Positions 19,802 to 29,499 of a stretch of DNA of 64,000 nt are shown one piece after another (within the stretch, counting starts at the first letter, position 1; each line of letters opens with the position of its first letter). Position numbers and translations under genes: made by a program. Below the pieces are notes generated by a model, which made no database searches, was not told where the DNA came from, and saw nothing but the letters and a program-made list of their open reading frames with translations. Source of the DNA: Oscillospiraceae bacterium (GTDB taxonomy: Bacteria > Bacillota > Clostridia > Oscillospirales > Oscillospiraceae); the NCBI GenBank assembly GCA_017555395.1, contig JAFZGL010000132.1, forward strand, positions 7,406 through 71,405, in the 5' to 3' direction.

Positions 19802-20386
19802 ATGGAACTGACCCGTCAGCAGGCCCTTGACCTGCTTATGAAGTACAACAAGGAATCTTTTCACATTCTCCACGGTCTGACTGTGGAAGGCGTTATGCGC
19901 TGGTACGCAAATGAACTGGGCTACGGTGAAGAAGCGGATTTCTGGGCTATGGCCGGTCTGCTGCACGATATCGACTTTGAAATGTATCCCGAGGAACACT
20001 GCATCAAGGCACCCGATCTTCTGGCAGAAGTCAACGCCTCCCCCGAACTGGTTCACGCCATCTGTTCCCACGCCTACGGCGTCTGCTGCGATGTAGAGCC
20101 TGTTCATCAGATGGAGAAGGTCATGTTTGCTGTGGATGAACTCACCGGTCTGATCGGCGCTGCAGCCCGCATGCGTCCTTCCAAAAGCGTTATGGACATG
20201 GAACTGAGCTCCCTCAAGAAGAAGTTCAAGGACAAGAAGTTTGCCGCCGGCTGTTCCCGTGATGTGATCAAGGACGGCGCCGAAAAGCTTGGCTGGAGTC
20301 TGGACGAGGTTCTGGACAAGACCATTCTGGCCATGAGAAGCTGTGAAGCTTCCGTTGCAGAAGAACACACCAGCCTCTGCGGCTAA
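19802..20386 (+). CDS. HD/HDIG-domain hydrolase (COG2316-like)
   Basis: GLLHDIDFE, AICSH, DELTGLI and KKKFKDKKFAAG; promoter TTGACA-17-TAAAAT upstream. Confidence 0.85.
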   Translation: MELTRQQALDLLMKYNKESFHILHGLTVEGVMRWYANELGYGEEADFWAMAGLLHDIDFEMYPEEHCIKAPDLLAEVNASPELVHAICSHAYGVCCDVEPVHQMEKVMFAVDELTGLIGAAARMRPSKSVMDMELSSLKKKFKDKKFAAGCSRDVIKDGAEKLGWSLDEVLDKTILAMRSCEASVAEEHTSLCG

Positions 20387-20393
20387 AAAAATC

Positions 20394-20423
20394 AATCCCC
20401 GGAAGGATATCCTTCCGGGGATT
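20394..20423. terminator. Bidirectional terminator
   Basis: AATCCCCGGAAGG-ATAT-CCTTCCGGGGATT between convergent genes. Confidence 0.75.
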
Positions 20424-20428
20424 ATCAT

Positions 20429-22231
20429 TTACTTGGTTTCCTTCAGGGGGGTGATGTACTGCTCGCGGCGGCGCTGACGCTCCAGGCGATAGGTCTCATC
20501 TCCGCCTTCATGCACCATCCGCAGGTACTCATAGTGATTGTGCAAGATGGCATCGTTGTTTCTTGCCAACATCATGACAGCAATGGAAGAGCAGTGGTCG
20601 GAAGCGCGCTCCAGATGGGTCAGGGCTTCCATGAACACCAGGCCGCTGGGAATGGCACAGGTGCCGTTCTTCAGACGCTTGGTGTGGCGATCCTTCAGGA
20701 TACGGACCATATCGTCGATGGTCTCTTCCAGGGGCTCAATCTTCTTGGCAGCCTCGTTGTCATCGCTGGCAAAGGCATCCACGGTAACAGACAGGATCTC
20801 GTTGACTGCCTGGCACATCAGAGCCAGTTCCTTCCGGGCGAAGTCAGAGAAATCAACCTCTTCCTTCTCCAGACGCTGGGCCAGTTCCACCAGGTTGGTG
20901 CCGTAGTCGCCGATACGCTCAAAGCTGGGAACGGTCTGCATCAGCATATCCACCTGACGGTCTTCGATTTCCGTCTCAACCACCTTGCTCAGACCGATCA
21001 GGAAGTTATCCACACGGTCAGCAAACCGGTCCAGATTGTCCTCATCCAGATCGATCTGATCCAGCTGGGACTTGTCCTTCTTCAGCAGAACATCGCAGCA
21101 GCGTGCAAAATTGTCTCTTGCGATGTTGCCCATGGAGATCATAGCCTTGGTTGCCTCACCAACAGCAACCGCGGGAGAGATGTACAGCTTGGAGTCCAGG
21201 GTGTACAGTTCGGGATGGTTGTGCTGCTTCTCGGGCTCATCCTTGACAACCTTGATAGACAGCTTCACCAGCTGATCCGCAAAGGGAATCAGAATGATGG
21301 CAGTGATCAGGTTGAAGACCGTCTGGAAGTTTGCAATTCCGCCGCTGTCCACAATGGCAGTCCAGAACTCAGCACCAAATGCCTGCATTTTCTGCAGAGT
21401 AAACATGACCGCCATAAACAGGATCGTACCGATGGTATTAAAGGCAATGTGAACCACACCGGTACGCTTGGCATCTCTGGAAGAGCCGATGGAGCAAACC
21501 ATGGCAGTGGTGACACAGGTACCCAGGTTAATACCCATGATGATGGGATAGGCCATGGCAAAGGTAATGCCGGAACCGGGAACTGAAGCCACCGTCTGCA
21601 GCATACCGACAGTTGCAGAGGAACTCTGAACGATAACTGTCAGCACCAGACCAAACAGAATACCAAACAGAGGATTGGTCATGAAGTCAACGAATGCCAT
21701 AAAGGCACCGGTACCGACCAGAGGTCTGACGCCATCGGTCATCAGGTTCAGGCCAACAAACAGAGTGCCGAAACCGATACAGATGTCACCGATGGGCTTC
21801 ATGTTGCTGCGCTTGATGAACATCAGCAGGATAATGCCGGCAACCAGCGCAATGGGAGCCAGGGTATCAGTATCGAACAGCCACAGCAGGAAGCTGCCGT
21901 CAGACTCGATAGAACCCAGGCGGATGATCTGAGCAGTAACCGTGGTACCAATGTTTGCGCCCATGACAATGGACACTGCCTGCTTCAGGTTCAGAACGCC
22001 TGCGCCGATCAGCGCAACCGTCAGAACAATGGTAGCCGTAGAACTCTGAATGACAGCGGTAACCAGAGCACCGGTAATAACGCCGGTCACAACACTGCCG
22101 GTAACCTTCTCCAGAACGCGCTTCAGCGCGGCACCGGAGGAATTCTTCAGGCCGTCGCCCATGAGTTCAATACCATACAGGAACATAGCAAGGCCGCCCA
22201 GCAGCTGGATAATGGCACTTAAGATTTCCAT
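20429..22231 (-). CDS. Na+/Pi cotransporter with PhoU domains
   Basis: Two QSS(T/S)AT...G(A/I)N(I/L)GT repeats; ERIGD and LERASDH PhoU motifs. Confidence 0.92.
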   Translation of the reverse strand: MEILSAIIQLLGGLAMFLYGIELMGDGLKNSSGAALKRVLEKVTGSVVTGVITGALVTAVIQSSTATIVLTVALIGAGVLNLKQAVSIVMGANIGTTVTAQIIRLGSIESDGSFLLWLFDTDTLAPIALVAGIILLMFIKRSNMKPIGDICIGFGTLFVGLNLMTDGVRPLVGTGAFMAFVDFMTNPLFGILFGLVLTVIVQSSSATVGMLQTVASVPGSGITFAMAYPIIMGINLGTCVTTAMVCSIGSSRDAKRTGVVHIAFNTIGTILFMAVMFTLQKMQAFGAEFWTAIVDSGGIANFQTVFNLITAIILIPFADQLVKLSIKVVKDEPEKQHNHPELYTLDSKLYISPAVAVGEATKAMISMGNIARDNFARCCDVLLKKDKSQLDQIDLDEDNLDRFADRVDNFLIGLSKVVETEIEDRQVDMLMQTVPSFERIGDYGTNLVELAQRLEKEEVDFSDFARKELALMCQAVNEILSVTVDAFASDDNEAAKKIEPLEETIDDMVRILKDRHTKRLKNGTCAIPSGLVFMEALTHLERASDHCSSIAVMMLARNNDAILHNHYEYLRMVHEGGDETYRLERQRRREQYITPLKETK

Positions 22232-22369
22232 AATGAAACTCCTAAATATTTCTTTGTATATTACCCCATTAAGGGCATAATACCATTATACGTTTTTTAC
22301 CAAAAATGTACAGTCAAATTTATGTAAAATGTTGCTGTGAATTTACACAAAATTCGAGGCCTCTACATC

Positions 22370-22807
22370 TTATTTTCCTGTTGAACCAAACCCGCCGGTG
22401 TTTCTGGCAGTATCAGACAGTTCCACTGCTGTCTCATAGGCAGGGGTCAGCACTGGGGTGATGACAAACTGAGCGATCCGCTCCCCGTGCTCCACGGTCT
22501 GGGATACGTCACCGTGATTGTACAGCGCCACCAGAATCTCGCCGCGGTAATCACTGTCCACCACACCCACCTTATTGGCAGGCGCCAGGCCACGCTTGCA
22601 GGCCAGACCGCTGCGGGCATAGATCAGACCGGCACAGTTTCGGGGGACTTCCAGGGCAATTCCGGTGGGAACAAAGGCAGTCTTACCCGGTTCGATCACC
22701 ACAGGCGCTTCCAGGCAGGCATACAGGTCAGCACCGGCTGCCTCCGCACTGCCGTAGGCAGGCAGTCTTGCTCCCTCTCTTAAGATCTTAACGCGAATAG
22801 GCTCCAT
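22370..22807 (-). CDS. dut: dUTPase
   Basis: AGADL, RSGLA, GVVDSDYRGE, RIAQ and RNTGGFGSTG. Confidence 0.96.
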   Translation of the reverse strand: MEPIRVKILREGARLPAYGSAEAAGADLYACLEAPVVIEPGKTAFVPTGIALEVPRNCAGLIYARSGLACKRGLAPANKVGVVDSDYRGEILVALYNHGDVSQTVEHGERIAQFVITPVLTPAYETAVELSDTARNTGGFGSTGK

Positions 22808-23339
22808 GTTCTCTCATTCCTTTCTGATCGTCATTCCACATAACAGTCTCTCCTGCCGCCAGGGATGCCTTTACATCGATGATGCGCTGATTCTCGGATC
22901 CCCGGAACCGCAGGTTGAGATTTTTCTTCTCCTGAACAAAGGGGCCGTCCACCAGCACGTCCAGATAGCTGAGATACTCGCTCACATCTCCGATTCTGCC
23001 GGACAGCATATCCTTTTCAAACAGGAAACCGGAAAAGGCCCAGATGGATTTTTCCGGCAGTTCCTCCCGGATGCGGCGCAGCAGGCTTACAACAGCCTCC
23101 TGATTCCGTGGTTCAAAGGGCTCACCGCCCAGAAGGGTCAGACCCTTGATATAGGAAGGTCTCAGCATCGTGAGGATAGATTCAACGGTCTCATCCGTAA
23201 AAGGCTGGCCGTAGTCAAAATCCCAGGCCACTTCATTGAAACAGCCAGGGCAGCGGTGGGTACAGCCGGAGACAAAGAGGCTGACCCGGACGCCGGGGCC
23301 GTTGGCAATGTCACAGTTTTTAATGGTTGCGTAATTCAT
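22788..23339 (-). CDS. nrdG: Anaerobic ribonucleotide reductase activase (radical SAM)
   Basis: DIANGPGVRVSLFVSGCTHRCPGCFN, LGGEP and FRGSENQR. Confidence 0.93.
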   Translation of the reverse strand: MNYATIKNCDIANGPGVRVSLFVSGCTHRCPGCFNEVAWDFDYGQPFTDETVESILTMLRPSYIKGLTLLGGEPFEPRNQEAVVSLLRRIREELPEKSIWAFSGFLFEKDMLSGRIGDVSEYLSYLDVLVDGPFVQEKKNLNLRFRGSENQRIIDVKASLAAGETVMWNDDQKGMREHGAYSR

Positions 23340-23424
23340 AAGATTTCTCCCGTCGCGCAAATTTAGGTCAGTATATCACATTCCCGCAAAAAAAGCGAGA
23401 GGACAATCCTCCCGCTTTTATGAT

Positions 23425-23610
23425 TTATTTTGCACCCGGGCAGCCATTACAGGCATGCTGACAGGCTGCGCAACCGCTGCAGCTGCTACAGTCGCTGCAT
23501 CCGCTGCAGCCGGAGCACTTTCCCTGCTTCTTATCCCGGATCATGCCCCGGATGATCAATGCGACGATCATCACGAGAGCAGAAATGACAATGATATCAC
23601 CCAAGGTCAT
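23425..23610 (-). CDS. FeoB-associated Cys-rich membrane protein
   Basis: One TM followed by repeated CxxC; directly after feoB. Confidence 0.85.
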   Translation of the reverse strand: MTLGDIIVISALVMIVALIIRGMIRDKKQGKCSGCSGCSDCSSCSGCAACQHACNGCPGAK

Positions 23611-23631
23611 TCGGTTCACCTCTTTCTGACA

Positions 23632-25803
23632 TTATACACCGACTTTTACATAGGTGTCTGCATATTTATTCTTCCGGAAGGTCAGGTACAGCAGACCTGC
23701 CAGCACGGCAACTGCCGCCACGGTAAAGATGCTGAAGACTGCCTCACCGGTGAACAGACCGCCGATCTGGTAGACGATCATGGAAATGGCATAGGCAAAG
23801 ATGCACATATAGGCAATGGTACCAACCGTCCACTTCATATCCCGCATTTCCCGGCGGATGGCGCCCATGGCCGCAAAGCAGGGAGCACACAGCAGATTGA
23901 AGATCATGAAGCTGTAGGCACGGACAGGGCCAAAATCAGCGGCAACCAGCGCCCAGATCTCATCACCGGCTTCGCTGAGCTCACCGGAGAAATTATACAG
24001 AGTTCCGAAGGTCATAACCACCTCTTCCTTGGCAATCAGACCGGTGACAGTGGCAATGGTTGCCTTCCAGGCCATATCTCCCATCCAGCCCAGGGGATAG
24101 AAGATCCAGGCGACGGCCTTACCCAGCGCCGCCAGCAGGGAGTCATTGTTATTCTCCACCGCTGCGAAACTGCCTTCCACAAAACCGTAGCTCTGGAGGA
24201 ACCACAGAACAATGGAGCTCAGCAGCACAATTGTGGCAGCCCGCTTGACGAAGTCCCAGCCCCGCTCCAGGGTGGAACGCATCACATTCCGGGGTGACGG
24301 CAGATGATAGGTGGGCAGTTCCATCACAAAAGGCGCAGGTTTGCCGGCCAGGGATTTAAACTTCTTCAGAATCACACCGGAAATCACAACGGCCATAATG
24401 CCGATGAAGAACGCAGACACCGCAACCAGAGGAGAATTTCCAAAGACAGCACCGGCAAAAAGGCCGATGATTGGCATCTTTGCACCGCAGGGGATGAAAC
24501 CGGTGGTCATAACGGTGATCTTCCGGTCCCGCTCCTGCTCGATGGTACGGGAGGCCAGAATACCGGGGACGCCGCAGCCGGTAGCCACCAGCATGGGGAT
24601 GATGGACTTGCCAGACAGGCCAAACTTGCGCAGGATCCGGTCCATAATGAAGGCAACTCTGGACATATAGCCCACGTCCTCCAGCAAAGACAGCAGGAGG
24701 GACAGCACCAGGATCTGGGGCACAAAGCCCAGCACAGCACCCACACCCGCGAGAATGCCATCCATCACCAGGCCGTAGAGCCAGTCGCTGACACCCAGTG
24801 CAGTGAGAATGGAATCAAACAGATTGGGAACCCATTCACCAAACAGCACATCGTTGGCCCAGTCGGTACCCATGGTACCGATGGAGAAGGGGAAACTTCC
24901 CATGGCGATGGCATACATCAGGAACATGATACCGGCAAAAATCGGCAGTGCCAGAACCCGGTTTGTGACGATCCGGTCAATTTTATCAGACAGGGACAGA
25001 GAATGCTTCGGTGCCTTTTTGGTAACGGATCTGGCAATGATTCCTTCGATATAGGTATATCTCTGGTCCGCCACAATGGATTCGGCATCGTCATCCAGTT
25101 CCCATTCGCAGTCCACAATGTGCTTTTCAATGTGCGCCAGCAGATTGGAATCCAGGCCAACTTCCTTGCGTACCATCTCATCCCGCTCAAAGAGCTTGAT
25201 GGCATACCAGCGCAGATAGTTGGAAGGCACCTTGCCTTCGATGGACTCCTCAATGTGGGCCAACGCATGCTCCACACTGCCGTTGTACACATGGGGAATC
25301 TCGCTGTGGGTATGATTTCTGGCACGCTCCACAGCCTTCTGTGCCGCCTCGAAGCAGCCTTCACCCTTCAGGGCGCTGATTTCCACGCAGGTGCAGCGCA
25401 GGGCACGGCTCAGCTTTTCCAGATCGATGGTGTCACCGTTCTTGCGAACCAAGTCGATCATATTGAAGGCAATGACCACCGGATGGCCAAGTTCGATGAG
25501 CTGGGTGGTCAAATAGAGATTGCGCTCGATGTTGGTGCCATCCACGATGTTCAGGATGGCATCGGGGTGTTCCTCCACCAGATAGGTGCGGGTCACCAGC
25601 TCCTCGGGAGAATAGGGGGACAGGGAATAAATACCGGGCAGGTCCTGAATGATTACATCGCTGTGACCTTTCAGCATGCCCTCCTTCTTTTCCACTGTGA
25701 CACCGGGCCAGTTGCCAACATACTGGTTGGAGCCGGTGAGAATATTAAACAGTGTGGTCTTGCCGCAGTTGGGGTTGCCGGCAAGGGCAATTTTAATGCT
25801 CAT
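23632..25803 (-). CDS. feoB: Ferrous iron transporter B
   Basis: GNPNCGKT, VGNWPGVTVE and DLPGIYSL G-domain plus gate domains. Confidence 0.96.
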   Translation of the reverse strand: MSIKIALAGNPNCGKTTLFNILTGSNQYVGNWPGVTVEKKEGMLKGHSDVIIQDLPGIYSLSPYSPEELVTRTYLVEEHPDAILNIVDGTNIERNLYLTTQLIELGHPVVIAFNMIDLVRKNGDTIDLEKLSRALRCTCVEISALKGEGCFEAAQKAVERARNHTHSEIPHVYNGSVEHALAHIEESIEGKVPSNYLRWYAIKLFERDEMVRKEVGLDSNLLAHIEKHIVDCEWELDDDAESIVADQRYTYIEGIIARSVTKKAPKHSLSLSDKIDRIVTNRVLALPIFAGIMFLMYAIAMGSFPFSIGTMGTDWANDVLFGEWVPNLFDSILTALGVSDWLYGLVMDGILAGVGAVLGFVPQILVLSLLLSLLEDVGYMSRVAFIMDRILRKFGLSGKSIIPMLVATGCGVPGILASRTIEQERDRKITVMTTGFIPCGAKMPIIGLFAGAVFGNSPLVAVSAFFIGIMAVVISGVILKKFKSLAGKPAPFVMELPTYHLPSPRNVMRSTLERGWDFVKRAATIVLLSSIVLWFLQSYGFVEGSFAAVENNNDSLLAALGKAVAWIFYPLGWMGDMAWKATIATVTGLIAKEEVVMTFGTLYNFSGELSEAGDEIWALVAADFGPVRAYSFMIFNLLCAPCFAAMGAIRREMRDMKWTVGTIAYMCIFAYAISMIVYQIGGLFTGEAVFSIFTVAAVAVLAGLLYLTFRKNKYADTYVKVGV

Positions 25804-25851
25804 AACATCCTCTCTTTCGCGATTAGCCTACGCTATCCATCAGTCAAAAAA

Positions 25852-26073
25852 TTATACGATTTCAATCATTTCCGCATCGGATTTACGCAGGCTCAGTTCA
25901 TAGCCCCGGACATTGATTTCGATTGGATCTCCCAGAGGGGCAACCTTCCGGACAAAAATTTCCACGTTTTTTGTGATACCCATATCCATGATCCGGCGGC
26001 GGACAGCTCCCTCGCCGTGGAGTTTTATAACTTTAACCGCATCGCCGATTTTCGCGTCCCGCAGTGTTTTCAT
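25852..26073 (-). CDS. feoA: Ferrous iron transport protein A
   Basis: RRIMDMGIT and APLGDPIEINVRGYELSLR. Confidence 0.95.
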   Translation of the reverse strand: MKTLRDAKIGDAVKVIKLHGEGAVRRRIMDMGITKNVEIFVRKVAPLGDPIEINVRGYELSLRKSDAEMIEIV

Positions 26074-26110
26074 ACTGTATCTCCTTTCGTGCACAACTGA
26101 TCGTCAATAT

Positions 26111-26163
26111 CAGTTAGCTTCAACTAACTGCAATATAGTAACCTATGGCTAACCATTTGTCAA
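26111..26163 (-). promoter_or_regulatory. feo promoter with GTTAG-N6-CTAAC palindromic operators
   Basis: TTGACA (26163-26158), 17-bp spacer, TACTAT; perfect CAGTTAG-N6-CTAACTG at 26111-26130 and a degenerate copy at 26138-26153. Confidence 0.7.
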
Positions 26164-26202
26164 GAAAATTTATCCAATTATTATCAACAAAAAAAGAGGC
26201 AG

Positions 26203-26469
26203 TCAGACCGCCTCCTGTTTGTAATTTTTAATCATCTGCTCTTTCTGCAGACGGGACAGTTTTTTTACTTCCAGTTCCCGCTTCAATGCATGAGAATGGC
26301 TTTCGCAAGTCTCCTGATAGGCAAGCTCCAACGGACCTCTTCCCCGGGTATATTTGGCACCCTTTCCGGTTCGGTGGGCCTCCAGCCGCTTTTCAACGTC
26401 ATTGGTGATGCCGGTGTAGAGTGTCCCGTCACCGCAGCGCAGGATATACAGATACCACTGAGAATCCAT
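26203..26469 (-). CDS. GIY-YIG nuclease (UPF0213/YazA-like)
   Basis: YILRCGDGTLYTGIT, GKGAKYTRGR and ALKRE. Confidence 0.92.
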   Translation of the reverse strand: MDSQWYLYILRCGDGTLYTGITNDVEKRLEAHRTGKGAKYTRGRGPLELAYQETCESHSHALKRELEVKKLSRLQKEQMIKNYKQEAV

Positions 26470-26524
26470 CTTTGCATCCTCCCGTCAAAAACGCAGGGGC
26501 GGCCATTGGTCGCCCCTGCAAATG

Positions 26525-27022
26525 TTACCGTTTTCTTCTTATGAATTTCCTGCTCAGGATCTTATCCAGCAGAAAGAATGTCACATTGCCAAGTACAAGC
26601 AACAGCGCCGTCATGGCTACGCCCATACCGGAAAACTCCTCCACCAGGTGAGATATGCCCATGACCTTCAGCAGGATCCAGTACAGCAGCAGAATGCTGC
26701 CATTGAACAGCAGACCCTTCCAGAGCCAGGACAGTTTCTTTTTCTCCAGCTTCGGTTTCACAAAGGGATAATATCCCAGCACCGCAAAGACTGCCGCAGC
26801 TTCCTTGTCCGGCGCCAGCAGCAGACTGAGGACAGTGACTGCACCGTACCAGGCCCAGGCGATCCGGCTGCCGCAGAGCTTCAGCACCATCTGCCCCACC
26901 AGCATACACAGCACCGGTGCCGCATAGGTGGCAATGGGGATGATGGTTCCGATGCTCATCAGCACAACTGCCGCTGCTGCCAGCATGCCGCCCAGGGCGA
27001 TGGGATAGGCTTTACTTCGCAT
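26525..27022 (-). CDS. Conserved hypothetical membrane protein
   Basis: Multi-TM, LAPDKE and GYYP motifs; overlaps the pncB stop. Confidence 0.75.
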   Translation of the reverse strand: MRSKAYPIALGGMLAAAAVVLMSIGTIIPIATYAAPVLCMLVGQMVLKLCGSRIAWAWYGAVTVLSLLLAPDKEAAAVFAVLGYYPFVKPKLEKKKLSWLWKGLLFNGSILLLYWILLKVMGISHLVEEFSGMGVAMTALLLVLGNVTFFLLDKILSRKFIRRKR

Positions 27023-28463
27023 TGTTCTTCAGCAGACCGTACTTGATGTCCCAGAGCTTCTGGCTCAGGTCCACATAGTAGGTGTGGGGATTGTCAAAAC
27101 GCTTGACTTCATCCCACAGGGTGTCCACCTGACGCAGGCAGTAGGTGCGGATCTGCTTCAGAGTAGGCAGCTGATACACCAGTTCGCCGTCCTTGAAGAT
27201 GGGCACCTGCAGTTCCTTGGCGGTGAAATCATAGACCACCTTGGTCTTCCAGGTTGCATCGGGATCGAAGATCTCCATATCCTTACTGTCATCCACCGTC
27301 TCATCATAGACGCACATATAGTCAGCGATGGCCTTGCCGGTGTCATTGCCGTAGAAGCGGTACAGCTTCTTGTAGTGGGGATTGGTGATCTTGCCCACAT
27401 TTTCGGAGATCTTGATCTTGGGTGTCACGGTACCGTCTTCCTTCTCCACAGCCACCAGCTTGTACACGCCGCCGAAAACAGGTTCGCTGCGAGCAGTAAT
27501 CAGACGCTCACCAACGCCGAACATATCGATCCGGGCGCCCTGACGCAGCACGTCCCGGATGATGTACTCGTCCAGAGAGTTGGACACAGAGATCTGGCAG
27601 CCTTCCCAGCCTGCTTCATCCAGCATCTCTCTGGCCTTCCGGGTCAGATAGGCCATATCGCCGGAGTCCAGACGGATGCCGCACTTGGTGATACCCTTGG
27701 GCTTCAGCACCTCGTTGAAAACCTTGATGGCATTGGGCACACCGGACTTCAGGGTATTGTAGGTATCCACCAGCAGAGTGCAGTTATTGGGATACATCTC
27801 GGCATAGGCCTTGAATGCCTCATACTCGGTATCGAACATCTGTACCCAGGCATGGGCCATGGTGCCGCCGGCCTTCACGCCAAAGAGCTGGTCGGAAATG
27901 GTACAGGCAGTGCCGTGGACACCGCCGATGTAGGCGGCACGGGCACCCAGAATGGCTGCATCGGCACCCTGGGCACGGCGGGAACCGAATTCCATAACAG
28001 TACGGCCTTCCGCGGCGCGAACCACACGGTTTGCCTTGGTGGCAATCAGACTCTGGTGGTTGACGCACAGCAGCAGGTAGGTCTCGATCAGCTGAGCCTG
28101 GATGGCGGGAGCACGGACGGTGATAATGGGTTCCTTGGGGAACACAGGAGTACCCTCGGGAACAGCCCAGATATCGCCGGTAAACTTGAACTCTGCAAGG
28201 TAGGCCAGGAATTCCTCGGAGAAAATACCCCGTTCCCGCAGATAGGCAATGTCTTCCTCAGAGAAGTGCAGATCCTGGATATAGTGAACAATCTGTTCCA
28301 GACCCGCAGCAATAGCAAAGCCGCCGCCATCGGGACAACGGCGGAAGAACAGATCAAAATAGGTGATCCGATCCCGGTAGCCATTGGCAAAATAGCCCTG
28401 GCTCATGGTCAGTTCGTAGAAATCACAGAGCATGGTGTAATTGAGTTTATCGTTGACAACCAT
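27012..28463 (-). CDS. pncB: Nicotinate phosphoribosyltransferase
   Basis: DFYELTM, EFGSRRAQG, GTMAH, LVDTY and IRLDSGD. Confidence 0.95.
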   Translation of the reverse strand: MVVNDKLNYTMLCDFYELTMSQGYFANGYRDRITYFDLFFRRCPDGGGFAIAAGLEQIVHYIQDLHFSEEDIAYLRERGIFSEEFLAYLAEFKFTGDIWAVPEGTPVFPKEPIITVRAPAIQAQLIETYLLLCVNHQSLIATKANRVVRAAEGRTVMEFGSRRAQGADAAILGARAAYIGGVHGTACTISDQLFGVKAGGTMAHAWVQMFDTEYEAFKAYAEMYPNNCTLLVDTYNTLKSGVPNAIKVFNEVLKPKGITKCGIRLDSGDMAYLTRKAREMLDEAGWEGCQISVSNSLDEYIIRDVLRQGARIDMFGVGERLITARSEPVFGGVYKLVAVEKEDGTVTPKIKISENVGKITNPHYKKLYRFYGNDTGKAIADYMCVYDETVDDSKDMEIFDPDATWKTKVVYDFTAKELQVPIFKDGELVYQLPTLKQIRTYCLRQVDTLWDEVKRFDNPHTYYVDLSQKLWDIKYGLLKNNAK

Positions 28464-28648
28464 AGCAGTCACCTCATAAATATAGTTGAATTCATTATAG
28501 CGGATTTCTGTTCACTTGGCAAGCCTTTTCAGTGACAAGACAGCTGTATTTTCACTGATTTCTAAAAATCTACCTCTCCCCTTTCCTTTTCATTGACACT
28601 GCTCCGGTTTTCAGGTATAGTTAGTATATAAGAAAGGATGTGATCCCC

Positions 28649-29035
28649 ATGGAAATCACTGTCGGAATGAAGGCAGAAGTCGGCACCCTGGTAGAACGGG
28701 AAGATACCGCCAAGGAAGTGGGTTCCGGCGATCTGCTGGTCTATGCCACTCCCTGTATGGTGGCCCTGATGGAGGGCGCTGCCTGCGACGCCATCGCCGA
28801 AGCACTGGGCGATACCCAGACCACTGTCGGCATCGCCCTGAACATTGAGCACACTTCTGCCACCCCTGTGGGTCTGGATGTAAGAGCCGAAGCCGAAGTC
28901 ACTGCTGTGGAAGGCAAGGTCATTACCTTCGCTGTCCGCGCTTTTGACGAAGTTGGCGAGATCGGCCACGGCACTCACAAGCGTGTCATCGTTAATTCTC
29001 AGAAATTCCTGGAAAAAGCCTACGCAAAACTGTAA
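28649..29035 (+). CDS. Fluoroacetyl-CoA-type hotdog thioesterase (FlK family)
   Basis: VYATP..ALME, TTVG...H..ATP and GTHKR. Confidence 0.9.
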   Translation: MEITVGMKAEVGTLVEREDTAKEVGSGDLLVYATPCMVALMEGAACDAIAEALGDTQTTVGIALNIEHTSATPVGLDVRAEAEVTAVEGKVITFAVRAFDEVGEIGHGTHKRVIVNSQKFLEKAYAKL

Positions 29036-29068
29036 ACCCTTCCACCCCCGTCACAAGGAGGTACATTT

Positions 29069-29392
29069 ATGGAAAATTACAGCGCTATGATCCGCAATAC
29101 CTTTGAGCTGTGCAGCATCCGGGACGGCCAGGTCTTCTTTGAAACCTGCCTGAAAAATGCCTTCCCCACCTTTAACTTCCGGCGTCTGGAACTGATCCGC
29201 ATCGACCGGGACAGATATTATCTGGAAGGCCGCAGCTGGAACCATGTCTTCGAGATTCAGAAGACGCAGCTGGAGGGACATGATGTCTGGGAAGTCCACT
29301 GCCACCGTGTCACCATGGGCAGAACCCCGGACAAGCACGTTTACCTGGATTATCTCAGTCTTGGTTTTGTCAAATATCTGGAAGAACAATAA
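29069..29392 (+). CDS. Hypothetical protein
   Basis: Strong RBS AAGGAGGT, host-like codon usage, downstream hairpin at 29397-29428. Confidence 0.75.
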   Translation: MENYSAMIRNTFELCSIRDGQVFFETCLKNAFPTFNFRRLELIRIDRDRYYLEGRSWNHVFEIQKTQLEGHDVWEVHCHRVTMGRTPDKHVYLDYLSLGFVKYLEEQ

Positions 29393-29499
29393 TCAGAACG
29401 GTGCATGGATTCCATGCACCGTTCTTTTTGTCACATTTGCGTGCAGCGGAATAGAATGGTCTACCGGGAAACCGGAATCTCATCACCGGAGGCAATTCT

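Noticed and set aside
22300-22352. Pho-box or Rex-box-like repeats upstream of the Na/Pi transporter
   Set aside because: TTCACA/TTTACA/TTGACT spacing is irregular (13 and 11 bp) in AT-rich DNA; too weak to call.
26203-26469. GIY-YIG gene as a homing endonuclease or mobile element
   Set aside because: It is the short chromosomal UPF0213 type, with no intron or DNA-binding tail.
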